Shown here: positions 30,106 through 42,767 of the stretch, piece by piece
Position numbering within the stretch: the stretch's first letter is position 1
How the letters are laid out: each line of letters starts with the position of its first letter
DNA from: Eledone cirrhosa
Taxonomy: Eukaryota
Length of the DNA: 64,000 bases
Reading direction: 5' to 3'
NCBI GenBank assembly: GCA_964016885.1
Contig: OZ024747.1
Coordinates: 62,062,001 to 62,126,000, forward strand
Notes under the pieces: model-generated
What the model was told of the DNA's origin: nothing
The model's database searches: none
Seen by the model: the letters and a program-made list of their open reading frames with translations, nothing else
Made by a program: the position numbers and the translations under genes

Positions 30106-31425
30106 GTGAGTGAGTGAGTGAGTGAGTGAGTGAGAGAGAGAGAGAGAGAGTGAGAGAGAGAGAGAGAGAGTGAGAGAGAGTGAGTGAGTGAGAGAGAGTG
30201 AGTGAGAGAGAGTAAGAAAGTGAGTGAGAGAGAGTAAGAGAGTGAGTGAGAGAGTGAGAGAAAGTAAGAGAGTGAGTGAGAGAGTGAGAGAAAGTAAGAG
30301 AGTGAGTGAGAGTGAGTGAGTGAAAGAGTGAGTGAGTGAGAGAGAATGTGAGAGAGAGTGAGAGAGAATGTGAGAGAGAGTGAGTGAGAGAGAGAGAGAG
30401 AATGTGAGAGAGTGAGAGAGAATGTGAGAGAGTGAGAGTGGGTGAGAGTGAGTGAGTGAGAGTGAGTGAGTGAGAGTGGGTGAGAGTGAGTGAGAGTGAG
30501 TGAGTGAGAGTGGGTGAGAGTGAGTGAGTGAGAGTGGGTGAGTGAGAGTGGGTGAGTGAGAGTGAGTGAGAGTGAGAGTGAGAGTGAGTGAGAGTGAGAG
30601 TGAGTGAGAGTGAGAGTGAGTGAGAGTGAGAGTGAGTGAGAGTGAGTGAGAGTGAGTGAGAGTGAGAGTGAGAGTGAGTGAGAGTGAGTGAGAGTGAGTG
30701 AGACATTGTGAGAAAGAGAGTGAGTGAGACATTGTGAGAAAGAGAGTGAGTGGGACATTGTGAGAGAGAGTGAGTGAGACATTGTGAGAGAGAGAGTGAG
30801 TGAGACATTGTGAGAGAGAGAGAGAGTGAGACATTATGAGAGAGAGAGAGAGTGAGTGAGACATTGTGAGAGAGAGAGAGAGTGAGTGAGACATTGTGAG
30901 AGAGAGAGTGAGTGAGACATTGTGAGAGAGAGAGAGAGTGAGTGAGACATTGTGAGAGAGAGAGAGTGAGTGAGACATTGTGAGAGAGAGAGTGAGTGAG
31001 ACATTGTGAGAGAGAGAGTGAGTGAGACATTGTGAGAGAGAGAGTGAGTGAGACATTGTGAGAGAGAGAGTGAGTGAGACATTGTGAGAGAGAGAGAGTG
31101 AGTGAGACATTGTGAGAGAGAGAGTGAGTGAGACATTGTGAGAGAGAGAGTGAGTGAGACATTGTGAGAGAGAGAGAGTGAGACATTGTGAGAGAGAGAG
31201 AGTGAGTAAGACATTGTGAGAGAGAGAGAGAGTGAGTAAGACATTGTGAGAGAGAGAGAGAGTGAGTAAGACATTGTGAGAGAGAGTGAGTGAGTGAGAC
31301 ATTGTGAGAGAGAGAGAGTGAGTAAGACATTGTGAGAGAGAGAGAGTGAGTAAGACATTGAGAGAGAGAGAGTGAGTGAGTGAGACATTGTGAGAGAGAG
31401 AGAGAGAGAGTGAGTTAGACATTGC
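30003..31425. repeat. (GA/GAGT)n microsatellite grading into a minisatellite (gagacattgt(ga)n-gtgagt)
   Basis: Seen directly; abuts the acceptor of exon 12. Confidence 0.95.
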
Positions 31426-31740
31426 GAGAAACAGTGTTTATGAAAAAATCTTATGTAAATGACAGCAAAGGTAGATTAAAGAAAAGGGGAACTGACTGAG
31501 CTGTAGCCAAAGACCATCCCGCCCCCCAATATTATTATTTGCTCCGTAAATTATACCCAGGGGCTACATACAAGTTTAATTCCTTCCTGTATTATAGCTA
31601 TAAAACAACATCAGTGCCTCAAGGGCCGGAAGTTGTGTGCTTCAGGGAAGTAATGACCAGATAACAAGCACTCTTAAACACAAAACTACAAGCCCTTATA
31701 ATGAAAATATAGAAAAAAAATAGAATATACAGTCTACACC

Positions 31741-32041
31741 TACACTCAGGTCTAGAAATTCGCCCCCCCCCCCCTTTTTTTTCCCAGATCTTTTCCAACA
31801 TCCCACTGCCGCTTATGAAATTGTATTTATTTTAATTTAATTTTCTTTATACATTAAAAACATTATACATAACAAAAACAAAGTATGTTACTAGAAATCC
31901 CATATGTTATAAAATAAATAGGAAAGTTGGGGTGTCAATATGTAAACTTAACAACCAATTCTGGCTTTTTACAAAATAACAGAGACAGCCTAGAAAAATT
32001 ACCAACCTCCCTCAACCTTTATTATTTAGGACCTGAAAGTA
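31741..32041. mobile_element. TA-flanked MITE family T1 (Tc1/mariner-type ends); other copies at 52987-53348 and 60281-60667
   Basis: Ends tac(a/t)ctcaggtc...gacctga(a/g)agta; shared internal aaagtatgttactagaaatcc. Confidence 0.7.
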
Positions 32042-32081
32042 TGTAGGTTTAAACAGCCTCCTATGAGGTTCTATCTGATAT

Positions 32082-32976
32082 TCTTGTGATCAATTATATT
32101 TTATTATACATATTTCAGAGGTACTGAGTTAAGTTCAACAGTATGTCCTCATCAGATAAAATAAAATGATGAGGACGTACTGTTGAACTTAACTCAGTAC
32201 CTCTGAAATATGTATAATAAAATATAATTGATCACAAGATATCTATTTTGTTAATATTTTGAATTAATATTAATAACTCTGGAAAACCTTTTCAGTTGAG
32301 TGCTTCCAATCTATTATATAACTCATTCTTTGATGTATTCATTGAACCTTGTTTAACTTTTATACATACATACATACATACATACATACATACATACATA
32401 CATTACATATATATATATATATAGAAGTTCTATTTAAATTGTTGGGATACAACAAGCAAATATTTTTATAACTGATATAAAGCACTCAACAAATTATTGG
32501 AGTAAAAATACGATATATTAACAAATGGAAACTATATTTATAAAACCATATTTATTTCATTATACATATTTCAAGGACACCAAGTTAAATTATGGTGTGC
32601 TTTCATAAGATAAAATATAATATAGATCAGTTTTATAAATAGAATAAATAAATTTAATAACCCCACTATCCGGGAGCTTCCAACAGAAATGGTCGCATTT
32701 TTTAAGGATATGTCAATATTTATTTATAAAACTGATCTATATTATATTTTATATGATGAAAGCACACCATAATTTAACTTGGTGTCCTTGAAATATGTAT
32801 AAAGAAATAAATATGGTTTTATAAATATAGTTTCCATTTGTTAATATATTGTATATATATATATATATATATATTAATTCAAAATATTAACAAAAATAGA
32901 ACTTCTTGTGATCAAGTATATTTTATTATACATATTTCAGAGGTACTGAGCTAACTTCAACAGTACGTCCTCATCA
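32082..32976. mobile_element. Nested fold-back complex with five hammerhead-like motifs
   Basis: Inverted repeat A at 32082-32154/32167-32239, third A copy at 32873-32976 (-); inverted repeat B at 32509-32640/32721-32852. All carry NTGATGA/CTTATGA-stem-GAAATATGTATA. Confidence 0.75.
32098..32162 (-). ncRNA. Candidate type I minimal hammerhead ribozyme
   Basis: Stem I attttat/ataaaat; CTGATGA at 32155-32149; stem II gga..tactg/cagta..tct; GAA-ATA-tg-TAT-A with an AUA triplet. Confidence 0.7.
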
Positions 32977-33479
32977 TATATATAGTGAAAGAGAATGAAA
33001 AACAAACATATATATAATCAGTTTTCAGTATATTTGTTAGACAATAAATATTTACATTAACGTTAGTGTTTTAGTCTGGCTTAGTCAACAAAAGCTGTGA
33101 GCACTGCAAATAATATAATACAATATTTTCCTCTGGTTTTTAATAAGCTCTTTTTTTAATAACTTTTTTTTTTTTTAGCAAATTTTATACATGGCCAACT
33201 AATTGCTATTTTTGACTAATTGGTTAAAAAAATTATACACAGATAAATTAACTTCTTTCAAATTTCTAGATTAATTTCTGTACCAACTACACTCTGTAAA
33301 CTGGTTGACAATCAAAGAGAAACTGTGGTACAGATAGCTCTAGTTTTCATAAGGCTTTGATAACCACATTAGTTTCCATGCCACAATAAAATACACCAAC
33401 TACACTCTGTAAAATGGTTGACAACCAAACAGAAACAGTGCTAGGTGAAGAGAGTCCTTTAGTTTTCATCAAAACATCG

Positions 33480-33813
33480 AAGACCTCAGTCGGTCACAAA
33501 TGACCATGTGATTTGCACCTAGAAAGTTTCCCTCTAAGGCACAAGTCCGGGCAAGGTTGTTTAAAGAAGACCAGCAGTCGCCCATGCATACCAGCCTACG
33601 CTCTCCTCACCACAGATGATGTCCAAAGGAAAGGCAATGGCCGATACAGCTTAGCACGAGTGACATTGCAACTCATTTCTACAGCTGAGTAAACTGGAAC
33701 AACGTGAAATAAAGTGTCTTGCTCAAGAACAACGCATCATCTTGTCCGAAAATTGAACTCACAACCTTTCAATTGCAAGCCCAATGCTCTAACCACTAAG
33801 CCATGCACCTTCA
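33480..33813 (-). mobile_element. tRNA-derived SINE family B; related - copies at about 38740-38866, 43355-43497, 51790-52050 and 54640-54927
   Basis: A box tggcttagtgg, B box gttcaatt, CORE-like cttgagcaagacactttatttcacgttg. Confidence 0.85.
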
Positions 33814-34944
33814 TAAGGGTTTGATAATCTCAATTTCCATGCCACAATAAATACATCTAGTACATTCTAGAAAGTGGTTGACAAACAAAACTAACATAGG
33901 GTAGAGGGAGTTCTTTATTCTTATCATGGACTTGACAACCTCCCTTGTGCTCATGCCACAACAAAAATACAGCCAGTATACATTGATAGGAAGGGCATCC
34001 AGCCATAGAAAACATGCCAAAATTGGACATATGAGCAAAACACGGTCCTCGGACCTATCTACAAAAGCACTATCTCCAAATAAGAACTGACTCACATTGT
34101 AACAACCTATCCAACCCATGCTAACATGGAAAACGAACATTTGATGAAGATAGGGACATTTTTGTACATAGTTTTTTTTTTTATATTTATTTGCTACAAC
34201 TTAGCTCACATTCTTATCATAAATACCTTAAATGCTAGCATCAAGGTTTAGGGTTAATATTCAAAAAGAAAAATAAACTTTGCCACTGTTAATGTAAAAT
34301 ATAGCTTTTAGTAAGACATTATGACACACAGCATCATGTGACCAAATGGAAGGATCAAATGACCTCTCATATGGTCAAATAAAATGTGTGATTTGATCCA
34401 TATATGCTTGCAGTTTTCTTCTCTTTCTTCATATCCATGCCACCAACTGACATATTTAACCCGTTCATTAGCATATTTCTAATGAAAGACATTGAGTATG
34501 ACTTTCCAAATAATTTTGAAAACAACCAAGGGGGATATAGTAAATTTGGGGGGATTCAGTAAAATATTTAACTTTCTCATTGAAAATTAATCTGGTGGTT
34601 GGAAAATAACTTAAAGACTTACATAAAAGTATGAAGGCAGATATTTAGATAAATATAAATACTTTAAAATTAAAAAGTTTGAATCATACAACTAGAGTCA
34701 GTTTTAGGTGGTTTGGTATCAAAAGAGTTAAGGAAATCTTTTATTTGGGCCATCTTCGAAGAAGGAGAATAAAAAATGCTGGCATATACTGATGAAAGAA
34801 AGGAACAGCAATCCTACTTGAATTAAGGTGCTGGTCTCAATGAAAATAGTCAAAAGTGAAAGAGAAGATTTATATAACCATTTGAATTTAAAGAACAGCC
34901 ATATAACAGAGATATGAAAATGAAAGAAGAGCCCTCTAGTGTTG

Positions 34945-35410
34945 TAAAATGGTAGTGCTGGTGCCATGATAAAATGCACCAAGTACACTCCATAAAGTGA
35001 CAGTGCTGGTGCCCTGGTAAAATGTACCCAGTACACTCCATAAAGTGGTAGTGCTTGCCATAAAATGCACCCAGTACACTCCATAAATTGGTAGTGCTGG
35101 TGCCATGATCAAATGCACCCAGTAATGGTTGGCATTAGAAAGGGCATCCAGCCACAACAAAAAATACCCAGTCCATCCTGTAAGGTGGTAGTGCAGGTGC
35201 CAAAACTAAAAGCACCCAGTCGATCCCGTAAGGTGGTAGCGCTGGTGCTATGACCAAAAGCTCCCAATGCATGTTGGTGTTATGAAGGGCACCCCGCCAT
35301 TGAAAACCAAGACAAAAATGGCTCATAGAAGCCAGATGTGGTCACCTGACCAATCTAGCTTCAATACCTGACAGCCCATCAAACCCCTGGAAGCATGGAC
35401 AAAAGACATT
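34945..35410 (+). repeat. Tandem about 45-48-bp units related to the RTE 3'UTR (aaaatgcacccagtacactc..taaagtggtagtgctggtgcc)
   Basis: Similar arrays at 41690-42015 (+) and 62345-62640 (-). Confidence 0.75.
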
Positions 35411-35448
35411 AAATGGTTATGATAATATGTATATGGATGTACATACAT

Positions 35449-35480
<32 letters not shown>

Positions 35481-35488
35481 AACAAAAG

Positions 35489-36409
35489 GTAGAAAGGAAA
35501 AAGATTTTTTCAGTGAAATATCAAAACATTAATTTATTTAAATACCGGTTTCAGCATTATATGCACTAGCAGAAAAACCACCCTTTTGGTGGCTTTCATC
35601 TAGCATGTGTAGTGTGTATATTGATATTATACGCAAGTATATATACATGTAGATATGATATGTCAAATAAAATCGTAATTGACAATATACACAGTAATTG
35701 AACGAAGACTGTGTTACACTGTCTTATGTAATCAGTAACATAATCCATGATACATTTAAAAAAGACGATATTATATATAAACTGCATTAGGAGAAAATTA
35801 GTGACAGAAAATTAATATGTTTATTTAAGCGATCGCTAGCGGAAGTGTTGACATTTGAAAATTTTAAAGAAGTGAATCTTTAAATAAATAATAAAATATA
35901 TTTAATGAACAGCCACGAAATTTAGTAAATAAATTATGTAATATTCATTCATTATTTATTCAAAGTAATCCAACTTATTTTACTAAGGGGATAAAAAATT
36001 ATAAACCGTACGCAGTCTCGCGCTTCTTACTTTATTATAGTTTAGATTGTCAATTGCAGATATTCAGAATATTGTTAAGATGCATATTTGTACAAATAGT
36101 GATAGTAATAATAATAAAAATCAAAATCAGTCACAACCAAGCTATTAGCAGAGAAGGATGGACAGAGAAATGAATTCTCTACTCTGAATGAACATGTATA
36201 TGAAAATTAATTTTTCTTCCCATTTTTATTTTTATTTTTATTATTATTACTATTTGTACAAATATGCAACTTAACAATATTCTGCATATCCGCAATTGAC
36301 AATGCATATAATGCTGAAATCGGTATTGTAAATAAATTAATGTTTTTGATATTTCACTGAAAATATGTCTCCAACATTTTGTACTGAAAAAATCTTTTTC
36401 CTTTCTACA
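35489..36409. mobile_element. Palindromic element with a decayed hammerhead, left arm split by a Helitron
   Basis: 35489-35565 plus 36047-36120 together are the reverse complement of about 36220-36409. Confidence 0.7.
35566..36046 (-). mobile_element. Non-autonomous Helitron (481 bp)
   Basis: Minus strand begins TCtaaactataataaag and ends with hairpin agccacc-aaaag-ggtggtt then CTAG. It sits between A and T with no target-site duplication; removing it restores the sequence of the sister arm. Confidence 0.88.
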
Positions 36410-36849
36410 TTCGATATATATATCATTTGATGTCTCTTTTCCACACTGCCACAGGACATGCCATCTAACTTAAGCCATCATGTAACAGTATAGACTTAAA
36501 ACCGATAATGATCATGTTTATGTTCATGATGATGAGGATTAAAAGAAAGTGTTGTTAATCCAGAAAAGTATAGTCGCCCCATAAATTTAGTATAGCTATA
36601 AAACAAAATCACCCAAGATTCACAGGAGTTGACCATTTGTGAAATTATAATGTCACCATATTAATGACCCCACAAACTTTACCTTCACATTCTTCTTCAT
36701 CAAATTTCCTGTACCTGGATACACAGTATTCTGGATATAAATATGGCAAGGTGTCATATATTCAACATACAAGTGTTTTAAGGCCATCTCTGCTAATGCA
36801 GGGGTTAGCCTTGTAGGCTTAATGGCAAACTTCTCCATTTTGCCCTACT

Positions 36850-37030
36850 ATCTACACCACTCCCTAACCAAATCCCCAAATCCCCAGCCTTAATTTCTTT
36901 CTCCATCTTTTGCTATGTCTTTCTTGGTCTTCCCCTTCCTTTACTTCCTTCCACATTTATCTTCCTCACTTCTCTCACCTAGTCAATTTCATCCTTCCTC
37001 AACATATGACCCAACAATCTCATTCCATTT
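36850..37030 (-). mobile_element. Old RTE LINE C-terminal relic
   Basis: RLLGHMLRKDEID*VREVRKINVEGSKGRGRPRKT. Confidence 0.7.
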
Positions 37031-37694
37031 CAATTCACGACATTATCACTGACTACTACCATTATCTTCTGCAAGTCATTGTTTGTTTTCCTCTTTTTGA
37101 ATGATACTCTTTGAAAAAGAGCCCCTAACCCCAAAATATCATGAAATATAACACAAAAGTGTAAACTGTTGGTTTGTTTTGTTCGTTTAACTTTCATTTA
37201 GTTTTCACTCCTTTATTTCTAACTTGTGCATTGTGTTGGCTTTTCTACAACAATCCTAACTACATATTTCACAATGTTTCATATAAACTATACTACTATC
37301 ATCAATATATATGTAGAAATAGAAGAAAATAGAGACACACTGATTCCAAATATAAGGAGATTTGTCAGGTAATTGCAAAAAATCTCAGTTAATAGAAATT
37401 TCTCAACTCACTAATATACATATGCGAGACCCTGCCATGTGTGTATTTAGAACATTCTCAAAGTATTTTCCCTCCAGTCTTTCCCAGCCACTGAGCAGAA
37501 CTTTTGATGATTTGAGCACAAATATTTTAAATTGAAAGCTACTGCACAACAACATTTGAAAGCTACTGAGAGGTAATGTTTTGATTGGCATGGTGTCAGT
37601 AGTGACTGCATGGTTGTGCACCTGCCCACCTTAGCAGGGACATTGGTCCTGAGAAATAAACTGGTTAGAACCAATCTTTCAACTTTAGCCATCC

Positions 37695-37803
37695 ACTGTT
37701 CACTTTCCTGACGTTTATACATTATTCTATGTACTATACATGCACCTTTGATGAGTTGTAGTGCACCTGAGCACTGTACACAATAATTTATTATTATTAT
37801 TAT
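37695..37803 (+). mobile_element. CR1-type LINE 3' tail; another copy at 45660-45790 (-)
   Basis: Same sequence as the 3'UTR following the CR1 ORF end at 55771; (ATT)n tail. Confidence 0.75.
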
Positions 37804-37912
37804 TTGGTTTACTTTATTTTATTATTATTCATTTTTTTTTTTTAATCTTCTAAACATGACATTCACATGGATTAATATTTTGACAATAAAATGATTAAAA
37901 CATTTTCACAAC

Positions 37913-38353
37913 TTAACCCTTTTGAGACAATATTTCTAATGTATGTTTGAATATATATAAAAATGAGAAAACTCATTGCTAGAACAGCCGTTAAAAACAG
38001 CTAAATGCTGTCAAAGACAGAAATGGGCAAAAATGCCTCAGAGGACAGGCTGTTTTAATGGCTGTTCTAGCGATGAGTTTTCCCATTTTTATATGTATTC
38101 AATCATATACACTCTCGCTTCGTCTCGATCAGAGACAACATTATAGTACCTATGTGTTTCAATCAATTTTGAAAATAATCAGAAATTTGGACGAATTTAG
38201 TAAAATAAATGACTTCTTTTTTTTTACATTATTAAGCTATTTTTAAGAACACAAAAATATTATGACATAAAATAAAGTGTGAAAGTGAGCATTTTAAAAT
38301 TTGAGCATTTATCTACCAAACAGTCTCAGATAGGTTGGTGTCAAAAGAGTTAA
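37913..38353. mobile_element. piggyBac-type MITE family P2 containing a palindromic insert; relatives at 34456-34731 and right ends at about 6083 and 58702
   Basis: TTAA-cccttttgagac...gtgtcaaaagag-TTAA. Confidence 0.7.
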
Positions 38354-39174
38354 ATATTTTTATAACATAACTGAAATATTTTTATATCACGACATCTAAT
38401 TATTTTTATAAAATGACAACTGTAATATTTTTTATTAAATTACATCTGACATATTTTTTTATTAAAATTACATCTGAAATATTTTTATAACACATTTAAA
38501 TATTGTACCACAACTAAATTAAAGCTTTCTACTACAATTTTATTTTTCATTTTTGCGTCTGCTTTTTCCCTGCTTGAAAGGGTGGGACAGGAACTGATTC
38601 TGGCTTGATTTCTACAGCTGGATGCCCTTCCTAACACCAACCTCATTTACAGTGAGTGGTGGGTGCTTTTTTTTTTTTGCCGTGGCACCTCTACGACCAC
38701 TTTGCAGTGGAATGATATGGACCCCAGTCCCTATCATCTCAGTAGACTGGAGCAATGTGAAATAAAGTGTCTTGCTCAAGGAAACAACACATCACCTGGT
38801 CTGAGAATTGAACTCACAACCTTTTGATTGCAAGGCCAATGCTCTAACCACTAAGCCATGTGCCTCCAATACAGCTAAATATATTTAACACAACAACTAA
38901 ATTAATATTTTCAACTACAACAAATCCAAATTAATATTTTTACTACAACTAAATTAATATTTTCAACTACAACATTACTAAATTAATATTTTAAACTACA
39001 ATACTCCTGAATATTTTCAACTACATCTAAATTAATATTTTTAACAACACAGCTAAATTACTATTTTTAACACATCCAAATTAATGTTTTCCCAACAAAA
39101 CTATTGAATATGTTGACAAAAACATTGAAAATGAAATAAAAAGTTCTAAGTGAAAGAACAAGAGAAACACTTAC

Positions 39175-39282
39175 CAGATTCTGTCCTAATTGAGCTTAAC
39201 GTAATTCCTGTGACAAATAACGGATGAGGAATGGAATTCTGTAAGGAACTTTCTTGGACTTTGGTTATGCTAATAGAAGGAT
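39175..39282 (-). CDS. RIC1: RIC1 exon 11 (PSISITKVQESSLQNSIPHPLFVTGITLSSIRTES)
   Basis: tctag acceptor, gtaagt donor, phase 1 to 1; human [27 protein letters not shown]. Confidence 0.93.
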
Positions 39283-40022
39283 CTAGAGAAAATGTGAATG
39301 ATTGTTAGATTTAGACATACAGAGAAATACTAGGAAGGGCATCCAGTCACAAAAAACAAGCTGAAATCAATTCTGTGTGAGCAATACACGGTCCTCCAAC
39401 CTGGCTTGTCTCACAACAGGACAGATCGTCTAACCCATGCTAGTGTGGAAAATGAACGGTAAAAGATAATGATGATGATTCATACACCCACACAATATAC
39501 ACACACTGTAATGTGGTTGGTGAAATGAAGGGTATTCAGTCATAGAAAGTTTGCCAAACAAAAGTTTGAGAGTAAGCTTTAGTTGTGTCAAGGACATAAC
39601 TTCCCTAGAGCTGATGGTTTACACAATAAAAGCACCTAATGCTGTAAAGTGGTAGGTGTTAGGAAAGACATCCGGTCGTAGAAAGCTTGCCAAACAAGGG
39701 GTTATGAGGACTTTTCAGTGTGTGTCAAAAGACACGACAACTTCTCATCTGGACTCGATATGATCATACATAAGCAGGATACAGACTTCTCAGCCTGTCT
39801 GGGAGGTCAGTAGCCATGCTTCAGTACTGACTTGGTCTATGTAGACCCATCCAACCCTTATTAGCAGTGAAAGCAGACATTAATATCCATTTTTCATGCT
39901 AGCATGGGTAGAACAGTCAGTCCCTTTATGAGAGATCATCAAGTTAGAGGACTTTGATTCGAACACACACAACCGATGATGCAAGAAATCAATCAATAAC
40001 AAGCTAGAATCAATCAACTCAC

Positions 40023-40188
40023 ATGCTGTCCCATTTTTGCGTTCCAGTTTATAGAGAATAATATGGGAATCTTCACAAAAGATAATTAATATATCTCCAA
40101 ATGTATTGAGAAGTAGAACCTTCGATTGGACTTTCATCACACATGCAAATGCATTGTCTAATTTACTCGAGCGAGGATAACAGCGAAT
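40023..40188 (-). CDS. RIC1: RIC1 exon 10 (IRCYPRSSKLDNAFACVMK...LYKLERKNGTA)
   Basis: ttcag acceptor, gtgagt donor; human LRVYLRTSNLDNAFAHVTK...LYSIERK. Confidence 0.95.
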
Positions 40189-40664
40189 CTGAAATGAAAA
40201 AGAAATATGTATATACATATGTGTGCATACATACTTGTGTGTATGTGTGTGAGGGTGTGTCTCTGCATACATACATGTGTGTGTGTATGCATACATATGT
40301 GTGTGTGTGTGTGTGGCAGCTATTAAAACATGGGATTAAATGCTGTGTTTTATTTATTCTGAGTCTCTACATTGTGGACTGAAACGCTGCCATAGTCAAC
40401 TTTGTCTTTCATCCTTTAAGGGTTGATAAAGTCCCTGTCCAGTGTAGTGGATTAGTAGAATTGTTATAGCAAAGGACCCAATGTTTTGCACTTTCTATTC
40501 CGATCATTATTTTCTAATCTAAGTCAAAATTCTACCTCTATCACAAAAAAACTTGCCCCATAACACGAGTCCATTTTCTATCATTAAAACAGCCCCAAAT
40601 CTGACTTATTCTATCATTCTGCAGCCTCTGAACCTTGTAATAGCTAATTACTTATCGTACATAT

Positions 40665-40945
40665 CTTTCTTCTCCCACTTATTCCTGAGAGTGTTGTGGG
40701 AGTAGAGTCCTAAAACACTCCTCCCAAGGGGTCCCGTCAGAATCAACCGTCCCCAAGTGAGACAAGTCAAGCTCATGGACGTTATCCAACCATCTTGCTC
40801 AGAGTCTTCCCTTGGGTCTATTGTCGGTTAGTTTTGCCAGTAAAATCTGTCCGATTCTTTCCTGAGACATTCTAACTTCATGCCCATAGTATCGGAGCTG
40901 TGATTTCTCAATTTGGAGAAGTACCGGCTCTGCTTGAAGTGACTA
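40665..40945 (-). mobile_element. Rex3/Expander-like RTE 3' relic
   Basis: Homologous to 51350-51610; shares the end caggaataagtgggagaagaa. Confidence 0.7.
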
Positions 40946-41021
40946 TCTGTTCTCCGAGCTAAGCACTCTATCGAAAGAATCAAAGCAAGCATCGAAAGTA
41001 CAAAAATTATTAAAAGTAGCT

Positions 41022-41052
<31 letters not shown>

Positions 41053-41379
41053 TATTAAAAGTTACGTCCCTTAGTAAAGCGAGTTGTCTCCTTTAGTGGT
41101 CTGAATTATTTCCCTTTAACGCCGCAAAGTTATTGTTCAAAATTGCAGTTACTCGTGTCTCATTCATTTTGTAGTGAATTGGAAGAACTGACCCCAAAAT
41201 ATCTAGATATTAACAATGATAGACATTACAGTTCAAAAGTCATTCCAAACAAACTTTGGTGCAGCATTGTAATTATACCCTTTAATAACAGTTTAGGCAG
41301 AACATAAACTTTTTATTTTATGATGAGAAGAGGATTTGGAGATGTCTAACTCTGCCTGGAAGTCCTTGACAGTATAGTG

Positions 41380-41526
41380 CAGTCATGGGTAAACTGTGGC
41401 CCATTTGGCTTTCTGAATGACATGCCAAATTTCAAAATTGCCTTGAATATTTTTAGTAGTGCGGCCCACTTTATGAAGAGCTACATCCTATGCGACCCAC
41501 TGCTCGAAAATGGTTGCCCATGCCCG
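41380..41526. mobile_element. Probable hAT-Charlie-like MITE
   Basis: Ends cagtcatgggtaaact..ggccc / ggttgcccatgcccg; internal gcggccc motifs; target-site duplication is poor. Confidence 0.5.
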
Positions 41527-42677
41527 GTATAAATGTTAGAAATTGAACAAAAGAAAAGTTTGCATATAAAACTGTTGCACAACTGCAACTAGCACTATTG
41601 GATACAAGTGTCCTAGTGTTGAAATATGGTTGTACTGATTCTTCATTTATATGTGCTCAACCCACTGGAATGTGGAAGTGTTGGTATCATAAATTGTACC
41701 CAGCCCACACTATACAGGGATAGAACTGAAGCCTCAATAAAATGCACCCAAACCATCCTGTAAAGTTGTAGTGCCTGGTACCACAATAAAATATACCCAG
41801 CCCACCCTGTAAAGTGGTAAAGTTGGTGCCACAATAAAATGTACCCAGCTCACCCTGTAAAGTGGTAGTGCTGGAGCCTCAATAAAATGCACCCAAACCA
41901 TCCTGTAAAGTTGTAGTGCCTGGTAGCACAATAAAATGCACCCAGCCCACCCTGTAAAGTGGTAGAAGTGGTGCCACAATAAAATGTACTCAGTCCACCC
42001 TGTAAAGTGGCAGTGCCTGATAGATCCTGTAAGGTAGTTGGCCTTAGATAGGGTTTCCTGCTATAAAAGCAATGCCAAGGTCTCTTCAACTTGTCTGGTC
42101 TTAAACTGTAACAACTCAACCAACATATGTTAGCAAGCATGGAAGGAGGATATAATAAGATGATGATGATGATGATGCAGAATGGTTGGTGATGGGAAGG
42201 GTCTCCAGCTACAGAAAACCTATCAAACAATGGGTCAGGAGGACACTTCAGCTGTGTTAAAGATATGGCAATCCAACCTAGTGCTGGTATCATGATAAAA
42301 TGCACCCAGTACATTCTGCAGAGTGATATGTGAGCTCCCTAACCATCTTTGAGGTCAGCCTCATCAAGTAAGTACTGACTTGGTCTGTGACAACCTGTTC
42401 AATATTTATTATAAAGGAAAATGGTAGTTAGATGATGATGATATCAACTTTGGTGCATCTTACTTTTCAGATTTTATGTTAAACATTTAATCTAATTCTC
42501 TCCTTCAGAGCTATAATTCCCAGAAACCCTCTTCCCAGGCTTCTCTCTCTAACCCAGATAACCTTACCAGCATCTGAGAAAATTTGAAAGGATAATATAC
42601 ACTGACACATCACACATTAAATCAATAAAAACAAACAAAAAAAACAAACAAATAAAATGAGAATTGAAGGTACAAAC

Positions 42678-42767
42678 CTCATCTTTATGTGATACTAAAT
42701 TATTGCAAGCTAAGCAGATAAAATCTTTCCACCACGTTAGACCACCAAACACCACCAGATCTCTCTC
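42678..42767 (-). CDS. RIC1: RIC1 exon 9 (ERDLVVFGGLTWWKDFICLACNNLVSHKDE)
   Basis: tctag acceptor, gtttgt donor; human [30 protein letters not shown]. Confidence 0.95.

Noticed and set aside
29826-31422. S/L/H/T-rich ORFs of 184-506 aa
   Set aside because: Repeat translations; only 29856-29983 is a real exon.
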